From contig NC_057755.1 of NCBI RefSeq assembly GCF_004010195.1, positions 5,149,643-5,213,642 on the forward strand: 64,000 nucleotides of DNA, written 5' to 3'. This DNA is from Chiloscyllium plagiosum (Eukaryota). The position numbers were made by a program, and so were the translations under genes. The notes under the pieces were generated by a model. The model was not told the DNA's origin and did not search any database. It saw only the letters and a program-made list of their open reading frames with translations. This document shows, piece by piece, positions 51,490 to 63,720 of this stretch (position 1 is its first letter; every line of letters begins with the position of its first letter).

Positions 51490-51765
51490 CTTAGATTACT
51501 TACAGTGTTGAAACAGGCCCGTGGGCCCAAAAAGTCCAGAGCAACCCTCCAAAGCACAGCCCACTCAAACCCATTCCCCTACACCTAACACTATGTGCAA
51601 TTTAGCATGGCCAATTCACCTAATCTGCACATTTTGGACTGTGAGAGGAAGCCCACGAAAACACTGAGCGAATGTGCAAATTCCACACAGTCAGTTGCCC
51701 GAGGCGGGAATTGAACGCGGGCCTCTAGCACTGTAAGGCAGCAGTGCTAACCACTGTGCTGCCCA
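51490..51765 (-). mobile_element. HE1-type SINE
   Basis: Head gggcagcacagtggttagcactgctgcc..gttcaattcc and tail gggcctgtttcaacactgtaagtaatctaa. Confidence 0.85.
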
Positions 51766-52064
51766 TTTGCTGTGACTGAGGTCCTTACATTTGCATCGGG
51801 GTTGTGTTTTAGGTTTCTTTTTCGTTGCTGAGACCGCCGCTGTTGTCCCTCCAAAGGGAAGCTCAAATACACCGTGTTGCTGTGGGTCTGGAGTCGCATG
51901 TCGGGAACATCAATAAAAGATGGTAGATGTCTTTCCCTGGACCAGACTGAACGATTAACGAGGTCAGATTTACAAATCATGTGAATGTCATAATCTGCTA
52001 TGGCGGAATTCAAAGCCAATTTTATTCTTTACAAGTTAAGATAGAAAAAAGTAAAGACAAATAA

Positions 52065-52805
52065 CAACACCCTCACCTGCCCTACTGGAACCTTCCACTG
52101 CCACTGCAGGAATTGCAAAATCTGCACCCACTCTCCTCCCTCACCTCCACCCAAGGCCCCAAAGCAGCTTTTATAGCTATGAAAGTTTCACCTGCACTTC
52201 CACACGTCATTTACTGTGTCAGTTGCTCCAAAAGCAGTCTCCTCTATTTTGGGGAGACAGGAGGCCTACCCGCACAGCGCTCTGGAGAACATCTCCGTGA
52301 TTCCCGCACCAACAACCCGACCGCCACATGACCAAACACCTCAGCTGCCCCTCCCACTCTGCCGACGACATTCAGGTCCTGGGCCTACTGTATCATCAAT
52401 CCCTCACCACATGATGCCTGGAGGAAGAAAGCCTCATCTTCTGCCTCGGGATCCTCCAAACACAGAGCATCAATGTGGATTTCACCATTTCCCTCATTCT
52501 CCCACACTCCACCTTACTACAGTTCTAATCTTCCAGCTCAGCACCACCCTCATGACCTGTCCCACATGTCGATCTTCATTCCCACCTAACCACTCTACCC
52601 TTGTCTCCGACATATCACTTTTTATCTCACCTCCATCCACTATCGCACTCTCAGCTATCATCTCCACGTCCCCACACGCCTCCTATTTATGTTCCCACCC
52701 CGAGGCTCCCAGCTTCATTCCTGATGAATCGTTCCTACACAAAACGTCGATTCTCGTGCTTCTCGGATGGTGCCTGAACTGCTGTGTTTTTCCAGCACCA
52801 CACTC
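52065..52805 (+). mobile_element. Penelope-like element remnant (second family): GIY-YIG region and 3' pLTR
   Basis: HVIYCVSCSKSSLLYFGETGGLPAQRSGEHLR (GIY-YIG), followed by attcctgatgaa...aaacgtcgatt...gctgtgtttttccagcaccac. Confidence 0.85.
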
Positions 52806-53467
52806 TCTACATAAATAACAACCATACTAATTACAAACCAACAGCAACAGTGTTGCGTTTGCTGTCATACATAATGTAAACCTTCTTGCTGGTGCTGATC
52901 AGATTGTGAACAGGATATCTTCAACTTCAAGATAAGAAGCAGACTCCCTGAGATCCTTTTATATGTCCACGTGATGAGGTAGATTACAGGCAAAAGACAT
53001 ATAGCAGAAACAAAGTTGACCACAATTGTTTAAAAATTCCAAATATGATGAATTAGTATGGACTGGTCATCAACGATAAATCGTCAATGAAAAAGGAAGC
53101 TGGTGATAATGGCTCAGCAGGAAATGTAGCTGTTGAGCAATTCATCAGTGTCATGTTAGATGAAGAACTCATTCTACAAAGACTGTAGGGACTGTATGTA
53201 GAGAAATCGCCAGGTCCAGATAGGATGCATTCTAGATTGCTGAGAGGTAAAGGAGTTTAATTGTGAGGCCATTTACAGAAATTTTCTCTGTTTCACTGAA
53301 AACAGGATTAATCCCGTCGAATCGGATGATTGTGAATGTGACACTGTTGTTTAAGAGAAAGACAAATGATAACCCAGGAAACTACAGAAGTCTCAGCTTG
53401 ATATCAATACCGGAGAAACAGCTACAGTGCATAATACAGGATAAGCTAAAAATACAGGTCAAGAAAA

Positions 53468-53760
53468 GGGCGGCACAGTGGCTCGGTAGTTAGCACTGCT
53501 GCCTACAGCACCAGGGTCGCAGGCTCGATTCCAGCCTTGGTGACTGTCTTTGTGGAGTTTGCACATTCGCCCTGTTTACTCCGGTTTCTTTCCACAGTCC
53601 AAAGATGTGCAAGTCAGTTGGATTAGCCATACTAAATTGCCCGTAGTGTCAGGTGTATTACTTAGTGGGAAATGGATATGGGTGGGTTACTCTTTGGAGT
53701 GTCGGCGTGGACTAGTTGGGCAAAAGGGCCTGTTTCCATACTGTAGGAAATCTAATCAAA
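53468..53760 (+). mobile_element. HE1-type SINE
   Basis: gggcggcacagtggctcggtagttagcactgctgcc..gctcgattcc, with tail gggcctgtttccatactgtaggaaatctaatc. Confidence 0.9.
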
Positions 53761-53983
53761 AATAGATTAATAGTAGACTGTCAAAAGACTAGCATGGTGG
53801 CTCAGTGGTGAACACTGCTGTCTCCCAGGGCCAGAGATGCGGGTTTGATTCCATCCTCGGGCAACCTCCTGTGTGTAGTTTGCACGTTTTCCCCGTATCT
53901 GTGTGGGTTTCCTCTGGGTGCCCCGCTTTCCTCCCACAGTCCAAAGATGAGTATATTAGGGTGGATTGGTTTTGCTAAATGAT

Positions 53984-54165
53984 TCTGGATCAGTGGTGCT
54001 GGAAGAGCACAGCAATTCAGGCAGCATACTTTATTCCTGATGAAGGGCTTTTGCCTGAAACGTCGATTTCGAAGCTCCTCGGATGCTGCCTGAATTGCTG
54101 TGCTCTTCCAGCACCACTGATCCAAAATCTGGTTTCCAGCATCTGCAGTCATTTTTTTTACCTCG
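53984..54165 (+). mobile_element. Short palindromic PLE-derived insertion with a 13-bp target-site duplication
   Basis: A perfect 42-bp inverted repeat (53986-54027 / 54083-54124) surrounds a hammerhead core. TTTGCTAAATGAT flanks it at 53971-53983 and 54166-54178. Confidence 0.85.
54033..54068 (+). ncRNA. Minimal hammerhead ribozyme motif (PLE type)
   Basis: ATTC-CTGATGA-A-GGGC-TTTT-GCCT-GAAA-CG-TC-GATT. Confidence 0.65.
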
Positions 54166-56414
54166 TTTGCTAAATGATGCCTTTCGTGTTCAGGAATGAG
54201 TAGATCAGGTGCATTCATCAGGGGTTAATATGAGATGATAAGGAATGGGTCTGCGTGATTGCTTTTCAGACTGTTGTTGTGGACTTGTTGTGCCGAATGG
54301 CCTGTTACACCCTGTAGGGATTCTATCAAAGATGTGTCAATGTCTGTCATTTCTGCCCTATGTAATTTCATTTTTAAGCAGGTTGACACAGGCGTTAGAT
54401 GAGGGTCATGCTGTGAATGTGATATGGTTGAACTTTCAGAAAGCGCTTAAAATGGGCCTCATGGCAGTTTGGTTCGTAAATTATACTTGTTTGTTACAGA
54501 TTATACCCTGGCAGCATGGATGAGCAGTTGGCAAAAATATAGGAAACACGGGGTTAGGGGTGTGGATTCGCCATTCTCAGACTGCAGATGAGTTGATAAT
54601 AGCATTCCATGGGGTTTGGTGTTGGAACCCTTGCTTTTTCTGATTTAGATAAATGATTTGGAGATAGTTATGGAGGACGAATTGGCAGATGGCACTAAGC
54701 TGGGAGAATAGTGAATTGCGAAGATGATGGGGGGAAGCGTCAGAGATCAGGAAACACATGACAGCTGAATTTCAATGCAAAGAAATGTGAAGTGATACAT
54801 TTTTGGAGAATAAAGAGAGAGAGACAATACAGGCTGAATAGTACCATCTTGAGGGGAGTACAGGAGCAGAGGAACATCTGGAGTCAAGTGCATAATTCTC
54901 TGGTAGACAGGAGGCAAGTTTTAACAGCTGTTAAGAAGACTTATTAGCTCCTGGCGTTTATGAATAGGGGTAGAAAGTAAAAAATAGCCAGCCAGTGATG
55001 CTACATCTCTACAAACCAATGGTCAGACAACATTTGGGGTAGTATATTCAGTTATAGGCACCTTCGTTAAGCAATGATGTTAAAACCCCAAAAAGAGTTC
55101 AAAGGAGATTCACGAGAATGAGGTCAGGAATGAGGGTTTTTCCGTAAAAGATGAGAGAGGCTGAGCACATTCTCCTTGGAGCAGAGAACATTAAGAGAGT
55201 AAGATATTGTGGTGTTCAAACCTACGAACAATTTTAACTGGGTCAAGAATGATATTCTGTCTCCACGGGCTGGTATGTCAGTAACTCCGCGTCACAATTT
55301 GAAGATTGTAAACAAGGTAGTGAGATGAGGAGAAACGTCTTTGTTCAGACAATTATTTGGATTTGGAGTGCGATGCCTGGGAGAGTGGTGGAGGGAAATT
55401 CCATATGGGATTTCGAAAAAGAGTAGGGTATATATTTCAAAGTGATGAATTTTGAAGGCCAAAAAGAGGGGGTTGGAGAGTGGAACAACCTGGGCAGTTC
55501 TTTCTGGAGCTGGTACAGTCACAATGGGTTCAATACCTCCTTCTGCACTGTAAAGTTCTTTGCTTTTGTTGGAATGTCTGAGGCCCTAAAGAGAACACTT
55601 TTCAAATTAGGCAGACATGATCAGTTGTAACAGTGAGAAACGCAAAATTGATTTATGGAACGTGTTGCCACTGATTTGGTTCCCAGTTCTTTCGCAGAGT
55701 TAAATCTTCAGGGATGCCAACAAGCAGGAAATTATTCATAACTCTTGACTGTGTGGATTATGGAGACGAATGCGCAGGGTCTGAAAATTTTTATAAGTAA
55801 AAGCTCAGTTGTGGGTTTTACAGATATTCTATGGGATTCAGTACCATTCCTTTTTCAATCACTAATCCGGACAATTAGTTAACTGACCTCGGGATATCCA
55901 TGCAGAAATGTACGTGACTATGGGGAAGTGGGCAGTCAACTCGTGCTCTGGCTTCCAGTCTATGACTGTTGATTAAACATTGGCCAACCGTTCATTTCGA
56001 ATTTCCTAATCGATTGAGTCACTGACCCCACTGGAAAAAAAAACGGTTTTTGAAAACGCTCATTTAGGATGCACAAAAAATGTAGCTCATGCCCCAGTAG
56101 TAAGTATTGCAACAATCAGTCAGTAAGGCTGTTTATTCCCAAACATCGCTTCTGTCCCGTTCTGACTCGGCCCTGCATTCCCCGTCACCACCATCCACAA
56201 CTGGTGTAAAGCTCATTTTGTTCATCAGGACACCAATGCCGATGGTGAATCGTTGATGAAGGTTTATGGTAAATGCACAGGAATCACTCGGACTCACTAC
56301 AGGTCTGCGCTCTGGTACCTTTTCTTCTGACATTTATGATGTGACTAGATAATTCTGCAGAAGGTTGGATTGATGCTCGGGCTCCTTTCTCAGAGCTAGT
56401 GCCACAAGAGGCCT

Positions 56415-57313
56415 TTAGCATAATTTCTGTCGATTAATTAACAGAATAATTGGCGTGAACATATATTTCACAGTGCACTGCAAACGGTCTCTGAACTTGG
56501 ATTGAGTTGCCATGTAAATAAAAGTGTTTGTGCAGCAATTGATGTTCTGCAGCAGAAATCCAACGTGTTCAAAGATATAAGATGAATTACCGTGCAAGTA
56601 ATATACAGCGTCAAAGAAATATAAGACATATACAAGCCACAAAAGTATGAAGCTTACGGAAATAGCGAAGAGCAAAATCACAGATTTCAATCTGTTCTGC
56701 ATTTCTGGGTCACTGGGATTATTGCCCTTATTGACACTTCTCAGTCCTCTGCGGACTCGACTTGTCAATAAAATGTGTCTAACTGTCAGTGCGTTGAACA
56801 GTATCATTAACACAAACGGGGGTATTGGCGTTAAAATTGTATTGAATAGATCAAATGCCACCCACGCGGGTTCAGTGTAATAACAAGGCTTTACAGAACA
56901 GAACCATGGTATATTGTCAATTAATTCTTCAGGTTCATATACAAAGTAGAAAGGAATGTTTTTCATTAACAGTAGAATGAACGTAATTGCTAGAATCAAA
57001 GCTGCGGTTTTCTGATTACAATATTTAATTTTCATCTTCTGGCAGCAGATGAATACAAATCGATCAAAGCAGAAAGTGACAGTGAACCAGACTGAACAAT
57101 CTGTGGCTGCACAACTGAGGACACTGAGAATGCTACAGACAGGAGTGATGTCCAAAAAACATAACGGGAAATAATAAAAATTAATTTCTCTCAGTATGAC
57201 CTCGATAATAATGAGCAGTAGATCCGCCACTGCCATAGCGACGAGATAACACGTGATGCAGTTGCTCAGTCCACACTTTCGCCGAGACAAGATTATAATT
57301 GCTATGACATTGA
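56415..57313 (-). CDS. GPR139-like class A GPCR gene B, coding exon 2 (spliced protein 321 aa)
   Basis: Acceptor ttttgtctccccttcttgcag|TC AAT GTC. Intact ORF with YLVAMAVADL, CSVWFTVTFCFDRFV, LTPIPPF, FILLWL and NCCTNTFIY..QSKFR. Clearly paralogous to gene A. The intron 57314-63720 is 6407 nt and full of repeats. Confidence 0.92.
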
Positions 57314-57648
57314 CTGCAAGAAGGGGAGACAAAATTAAAGAAATTAGTCACAAAGGAATTTCTATTCACAAGCCTACATATTTTGTGTTGCCTTTAGCAC
57401 CTATGACTAGAGGCTTAATATAACCAGATATTTAGAAATATTAGTCACAGTTTCAAATCTTCTCAATAGGCTCTGTTTCGGTTATGAACTGTATCAGGAG
57501 AGGAAAGGAGCAGCAGCGTCTCAACATGCAGATAAACATTATGATTAGGTCGGCCTTATTCTAATAATTGTCATATTAAAAACATTTAAGTCACGATAGT
57601 CCCTTCAGATAATGGAGCTGATTTCTTGTTAGAGAAAGATACAATAGA

Positions 57649-57998
57649 GTTGAAACTTTATTGCTGGAACAGCACAGCAGGTCAGGCAGCATCCAGGGAA
57701 CAGGAGATTCGACGTTTCGGGCACAGGCCTTTCTTCAGGAGGGCCTGAAGAAGGGCCTGTGCCCGAAACGTCGAATCTCCTGTGCCCTGGATGCTGCCTG
57801 ACCTGCTGTGCTATAATGGAGCTGATTTCTTGTTAGAGAAAGATACAATAGAGTTGAAACTTCAGGAGGGCCTGAAGAAGGGCCTGTGCCCGAAACGTCG
57901 AATCTCCTGTTCGCTGGATGCTGCCTGACCTGCTGTGCTGTTCCAGCAATAAAGTTTCAACTTTGATCTCCAGCATCTGCAGACCTCACTTTCTCCTC
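57649..57998 (+). mobile_element. Compound palindromic PLE-derived insertion with a 14-bp target-site duplication
   Basis: AAAGATACAATAGA at 57635-57648 and 57999-58012. Contains one inverted and two direct copies of the pLTR/hammerhead segment, plus a duplicated flank. Confidence 0.85.
57745..57776 (+). ncRNA. Minimal hammerhead ribozyme motif (PLE type)
   Basis: CTGAAGA-A-GGGC-CTGT-GCCC-GAAA-CG-TC matches the CUGANGA / stem II / GAAA / NUH core. An identical core lies at 57872-57899 and a near-identical minus-strand copy at 57711-57738. Confidence 0.7.
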
Positions 57999-58003
57999 AA
58001 AGA

Positions 58004-58226
58004 TACAATAGACCCTCCTTACCCGTGGGGGATACATTCCATGACCTACCGCGACAATCCAAAACCACAGATAAGAAGGAACCCATTCATTTAAATGAGA
58101 AATGTACCTTCCTGACAGCCCCCGGTCCCTTGTTCCAGAAGGTTCCCGATAATATGTTTGGGCCGCAGTAAATCACGGGTAACTGAAACCGCAGAAAATG
58201 ATTCTGCAGATATGGGAGTCGCACTC
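58004..58226. mobile_element. Tc1/mariner (Tigger-like) MITE
   Basis: Imperfect terminal inverted repeats ta-caatagaccctccttacccgtgg ... ctgcagatatgggagtcgcactc. About 220 bp and non-coding. Confidence 0.5.
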
Positions 58227-58559
58227 GGCTGGTGGTGATTTAACCTGAGAGCCACTACACCTCAGGGAGGTGGATAGATTGTGAAGGTGAGTCCTTCATG
58301 TTAATCTCAACCCGTGATGGGCATTACACTGCTTCACAAACTACCGTTTCAGCCAACTAAATTAAACCTACACCCAACAATGGCATTCAGTTTTACCTGG
58401 TGTCAAGTTTTCACATTGACCTCTGGGGACTCAAGACACACAGCAAGTGGCAACTAAAGGGAAACAAATTCAGGGTTCTTACCAAACTCTTGAGTGGCAT
58501 GAGGAAATGGGTTGGTGAAGATTCTCAAACGCTTTCTGAATACCATGACGTGTATAAAG

Positions 58560-59170
58560 TCATAGAGTCAGAGAGTTGACACCATAGTAACAGACTCTTC
58601 TTTTCAACACATCCACGCCGACAAAATATCCCAACCCAATCTAGTGACACCCGCCAGCACCCAGCCCATATCCCTCCAAAATCTTCCTATTCGCATTACC
58701 ATCCAGATGCCTTTTATATGTTGCAATTGTGCTAGCCTCCACCACTTCCTCTGTCAGCTCATACCATGCTCTGCGTGAGATAGTTGCCCCTCAGGTCCCT
58801 TTTATATATTTCCTTTCCCACTCAAAACCTACGCCCTCCATTTCCGGACTCTCCTACCACAAGGGGAAAAGTCTTTGGTTATTTATCCGATCCATGTCCC
58901 TCATGATTTTATAAACCTCTCAACGGTCATGCCTCAGCCTCTGACGCTCCAGGGAAAACAGCCATAGCCTCTTCAACATCTCCCTATTGCTAAAACTCTC
59001 CAATATTGGCAACATCCTTGTAAATCTTTTCTGTACCCTTTCAAGGTTCACATCCTTCCGATAAGATGGAGACCAAAATTGCACGCAATATTGCAGGAGT
59101 AGCCGAACCATTGTCCGCTACAGCCCCGATATGACCCCCCCAAAACCTGTACTCAATACTGTGACCAAAA
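58560..59170 (-). mobile_element. CR1 LINE 3' fragment in the intron of gene B
   Basis: VRLLLQYCVQFWSPSYRKDV..LFSLERQRLR. Further CR1 pieces lie at ~59620-60000 (-), 60220-60800 (-) and 61300-61800 (+). Confidence 0.8.
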
Positions 59171-62100
59171 ACATTATCCAACGATTGGAGATCTCTCCCA
59201 TTCCTGGATTGCTGTTAAATTAGTTGCTTCTGGAACAGTCCATTCTTGTTCTGTGACCTTCCTCAGCGACCTGCCAATCAGACTATTGGTCAAAACTGGC
59301 AACCAACATGACTTCCTGAAGGAAAAACTTTCACGTTGAAAAGAATAGTTCCAAGAAAGTTTCGATCCACAGTGTGTGGACAACGTGAGTTTCAGAATTT
59401 CCTGCCAATCCCTGCACAAATAATCAGAAATCAATTTTGATCTGCCAGATACCATCTGTGGACAGAGAGATCGAGTTATAGCCTCAGTTTGATGCATTTT
59501 GTTCAGAATGCAAACCTTTGAAAGGTCCAAATATTTAAAGAAACAGTGAAAGCTAAAAGGTGGATATCAGTTACGTGGGGGCAGGGTGATGAGGAGGCAA
59601 CAGAAGGAAAGTAAGACAAAAATATTAGGACCAGGTTTTGTTAATTGATCCCTTCCAGAATGCTCGGCCAAACCCTAATATCAGGGATGGTTACACATTT
59701 CAGTCTCCTTTTCCTGTTTATCCCCACATATCCTTTGGCTCCTTCGACTCCAAGGACTATAATCCAATTTTTCCTGAAATCACACAATGTTTTCATATTG
59801 ACTGCTTTCTCTGCCGCGAATGCCACAGGTTCTGGATGAAGAAATTTCTCCTCATCTCAGTTCCGTATGTCATATTGTGAATCCTTAAATTTGGACCCCT
59901 GGATTCGCTGGAAACGGCCGTTCTGTGTATACCCTGAACAGGCCTGGTGGAATTTTGCAGGGCGCTATGAGACTTTCCTCTCATTCATCTCAACTCTAGC
60001 AAATACACTATTAACTGATTCTGTTATATAGTGGAACGCATCATTGATTTAACAATAAACGTTATCAGGAGTATGAAAAGTCGAATAAATTATGAACGCG
60101 CAGTTGGGCTGAAATGATGGAGAAAATTTTAGAGCAGAGCGATCGGGAGATGGGGCCTTTAGATGATCGGACCTTATGGGAAAATCTCCAGTGCGCGAAA
60201 AGACATTTATACACCCACGTGTGGACCATAGCTATATAGGAACAGGAATAAGCCATTCAGCCCTTCAAGTCTGTTCTAGTATTCAATAGGGTCATGGTTA
60301 ATCTATGGCCTATCTCCATTTATATTTTTTAGCCCATATAACTTCAAAATATTTTTAAATCAAATATATGTTTAATTTAGAACTCTCATTTGTTTTAGAG
60401 AATTCCAAAGCTCTACCACCCATTGTGTGCAGAAGTGTGTCTGAATATCCCTTCTTAATGGTCCGGCCTAATTCAGCCACGATAACATCATCCTAATCCC
60501 GAACGTGGAAGAAGTTTATCTTTATCCATTTCGTCTTTTCCCGTTAATTTCTTGAACACATTGATCAGATCATGCCTTCACCTTCTAAATTCCAGAGGAA
60601 AGGATTAAGTTTGTATAATCTCTCCGCGTAACTGAACCCAGAAGTCCAGGTATTATTCTTGTAAACCTACATTGCACTCCTTCGAAAGACAATCTAACTT
60701 TCCTAACATCTGGTATCCAGATCTGCCTGTAGTGCTCCAAATAGGGTCTAAGCACTCTGTCTACTTGCAACAGCTCACGTCACAACTAGTTCTATGTTTT
60801 CCAATCACTGCCCAGATACACAAGAACCTCTCCACACGCCATCAACATCTACTGCCTCTGGATTAGTTCTTTCCTTGCATATATTCTCTTCCAAAAAATG
60901 GGGTCTGGGATTAAGATCCCAAACAAAAATCTCAGAATGCGACAGGAATTATAAAAAGGCTGATGTCCTCCATTCAGGTTTCTAGTGGAAGTTTGGAGTA
61001 ACCTGACAGCAAGCCTATACATTCGACACAACAGAAGCAACAGATGTTGACTATTGACCATGTAAGACCCTGAGCCAATGGAAAAGATGGGAATTGGAGA
61101 GTGAGCAGTGAATGAAGGAATCAAAGCAAATAAGAGTCAGTTCGTGAGTGGGCCAGTGGAATGCGATAAGTGGTAACTGATAGAGTAATGGCCTTTTGCT
61201 GTCTGTGAGGAGACAATGGGACATAGGAAGAGAAAGGAAATGTTCTGAAGGGATAATATAGGATTTGAAAACGTAAGCCCTCAAAGGTACCTAAAACGTC
61301 ATGACTCCGTATGCCACAATCTCATGAGAGTGGGAATACAAGATTTGCACAGATGAATTAGTGACTGAGGCTTTCGAGGTGCAGTGGAGAAGGATTCATA
61401 TTTCTGCATTATTGGAATCTCTGCTGGAGCAAAGGTCACCTGAACAAGAAGGACGGATTGGACCCGAATTGGAACAGAACCAATATCCTGGTGGGGAGAT
61501 TTGCTCGAGCTGCTCAGGAGGATTTAAACTTAGTAATCGGAGGGGGGAGTGTGAGCAATTTGCTAAGTCTGAGGCTGATACCGTTTAGAAGAGGAGCACA
61601 TCAAATACTGAAGGCAGGAAGGAAAAAAACAAACAACGAGGTAGGACTGATAAACCAAATGTATTTTAGTGCAATGTAAGAAGCCTGACAGGTAAGGCAG
61701 ATGGACTCCGGGCATGACTGGAGACATGGGACAGGGACATCATAGCTATTATAGAAACATGGTTCAAGGGGGTTGGCGTGCAGGACTGGCAGGGTTCTAT
61801 GATTATTTATTAAGCAGTGCTAGTCGTGCTCACAGGACTCTTGGATTTTCAAGGTGGGGTATTCATTACTGTTATTGACTCATATCCATTGTCATTTTAC
61901 CACGATTACATCGACATTGTGTTGCACATCTCCTCGAGTCACCCTAGTCAGTCATCAGAACTGAATGCAACGATATTTGGTCAGTGAATACTTCCAATGA
62001 GTGGCCAATGGGTCAAGTGATCCAGTTAGTGAATGAACTTTGCAAGATTGCACATTGATAGCGGATCTGTGTAATACATGGAGTCCTCTCAATGTAATGA

Positions 62101-62569
62101 TCCACACACAGTATTCTTTTATATTGCATTGGATTCCTCCTTCTTCCGGATTGATCTTCCTACTCAAATCAGAATCGATAGCCCGCAGTGCTGCCAGATA
62201 TCAAAGATTCGGAGAACTGGCTAAGTGCATGAGACACAGGGGTGGTGCTCAGGAAGCAAATGAACGACGTCGTAGCAAAGGGTCAAACATTCAGGATTCA
62301 GGAAAAAAGTTCCGATGTTGGGGATCTAAAACAAAAAAAGACAGAATCTGTGGGAAAAACTGAGCAGGTTTGGCAGCATGTGTGGACGAAGATAAAAGTA
62401 ATTAAAGTTTCAAGCCTAGTGATCCTTGTCCAGAACTCAAAGAAAGATTTCGAAGAAGGGTCACTGACCACAAAACGTTAACTCTGCTTTCTCTCTCTCT
62501 CCACAGATCCTGCGAGACCATCTGAGTTTCTTCACAATTTCTGTTTTTGTTACTTATTTAGGAAGCTTG

Positions 62570-62790
62570 GCTGAGCTAAGTGTTCAACTAGGCTGTGTTG
62601 ACTCAAGAGCTGCAACGAAACACCAAACATGTGGATTCAATTCCCGACATCGGCAGAAGTTACCCTGAAGGGTTCTCCTTCTCACTCTTTCTTCTCACCT
62701 GTTACATAGTTAGCCTTCGGTTGAACCACCTCTAATAATCTCTCTCGTAAGTGAAACAGCAGCCCTGTTATTTGGTGAGAGCATTGTGAC
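62570..62790 (+). mobile_element. Old tRNA-derived SINE (related pieces at 58225-58370 and 35525-35620, minus strand)
   Basis: B-box-like ggattcaattcc followed by gttaccctgaagg..ttctca..ggttgaaccacc. Matches the reverse complement of 58225-58370. Confidence 0.5.
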
Positions 62791-62967
62791 GATTGCTGAA
62801 CATCACAAAAGGATAATAGATCAGTATGTAAATGGCAATCAATCCCTCAACAAGGGCAGTAAGCAAATAAATCTGATATAACTGCAATTGCTGTATACCG
62901 AAAAGTTGAACATAAGTGGCTAGAAACGCTCAGCAGCTCTGGGAGCATCTGTTTAGAGAAATCAGTG

Positions 62968-63586
62968 TGTTATGGACCACGTCAGACACCCTTAAAACAT
63001 TTCAAGAAAGTAGCCCAGACCCTAACTTTGCCAATTATTTTAAGCATGTGAAACATGCATATTCCAGAAGAAATGCAGCTGGTGAAACCAATTAGTTTTG
63101 AACAAAACATACTTTATTCACAAGATTACCGAATGACACACAAAGAAAAGAGAAGAGTGGATGGAATAACTTACCTTTTTTCTAAAGCACAACAGACTAA
63201 CCAAATTAATGATGCTGTTCTGAACACGAGCAACAATCCCCACAAATGGTCCTTAGCACAAAAGTTAAAATCAAATCCAGGGTCTTACAGGAAGTATGTC
63301 AGAGAGAGTGAGGAGGATCAACGTGGAACTGCTTCTTTCGGGTCCAGTAGCATTTTATACAAACCAGACCAAACTAGGGTAAAGCTGACCTGGGAGAACT
63401 GACACTCCCCTTTCTTTGTACAAGTAACTTTTTAAAACTTAAAAGACTTTTCCCTGAGGTATACGTTGGCTATATTCAAATTGGCCCTATAACTCTTCAA
63501 CATAGACTTCATGGATTTTGTGTCCTTCAGAAAATCTCTGAAAAAACAACAAGGATAACGTAACTTAAAGGAGTACCATCGCCACA
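62968..63586 (-). mobile_element. Probable solo LTR inserted into a PLE remnant in the gene B intron
   Basis: TG...CA termini (tgtggcga...cataaca on the minus strand), ~620 bp, flanked on both sides by PLE-tail sequence. Confidence 0.5.
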
Positions 63587-63720
63587 CGGGGAAACATTAA
63601 TTTGAATTCTGGCACAGATGCTGTCTATATTTACAGGTTTTCCAGCAATTTCTGTTTTAGTAAAACCAATAACCAATTCGCAAACAGATTCGCGAACCTT
63701 AATTAGTTATTGTCACTTAC

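Larger units (their letters stand above)
53790..54326 (+). mobile_element. HE1-type SINE interrupted by a PLE palindrome
   Basis: The head is at 53790. The body resumes at 54179 and ends ctgtagggattcta. Confidence 0.85.
53200..55560 (+). mobile_element. Old CR1 LINE remnant interrupted by two HE1 SINEs
   Basis: KSPGPDRMHSRLL, NPGNYRSLSLISI, and degenerate RT and 3' UTR sequence. Confidence 0.7.

Noticed and set aside
53468..53540. tRNA-like sequences with A and B boxes
   Set aside because: They are heads of HE1-type SINEs, followed by SINE body and LINE-like tail, not tRNA genes.
58390..58440. Alternative donor CCA G|gtaaaa as exon 1 of gene B
   Set aside because: The upstream codons (PRGQCENLTP) are not hydrophobic and do not resemble gene A exon 1. 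The exon at 63721-63787 fits far better.
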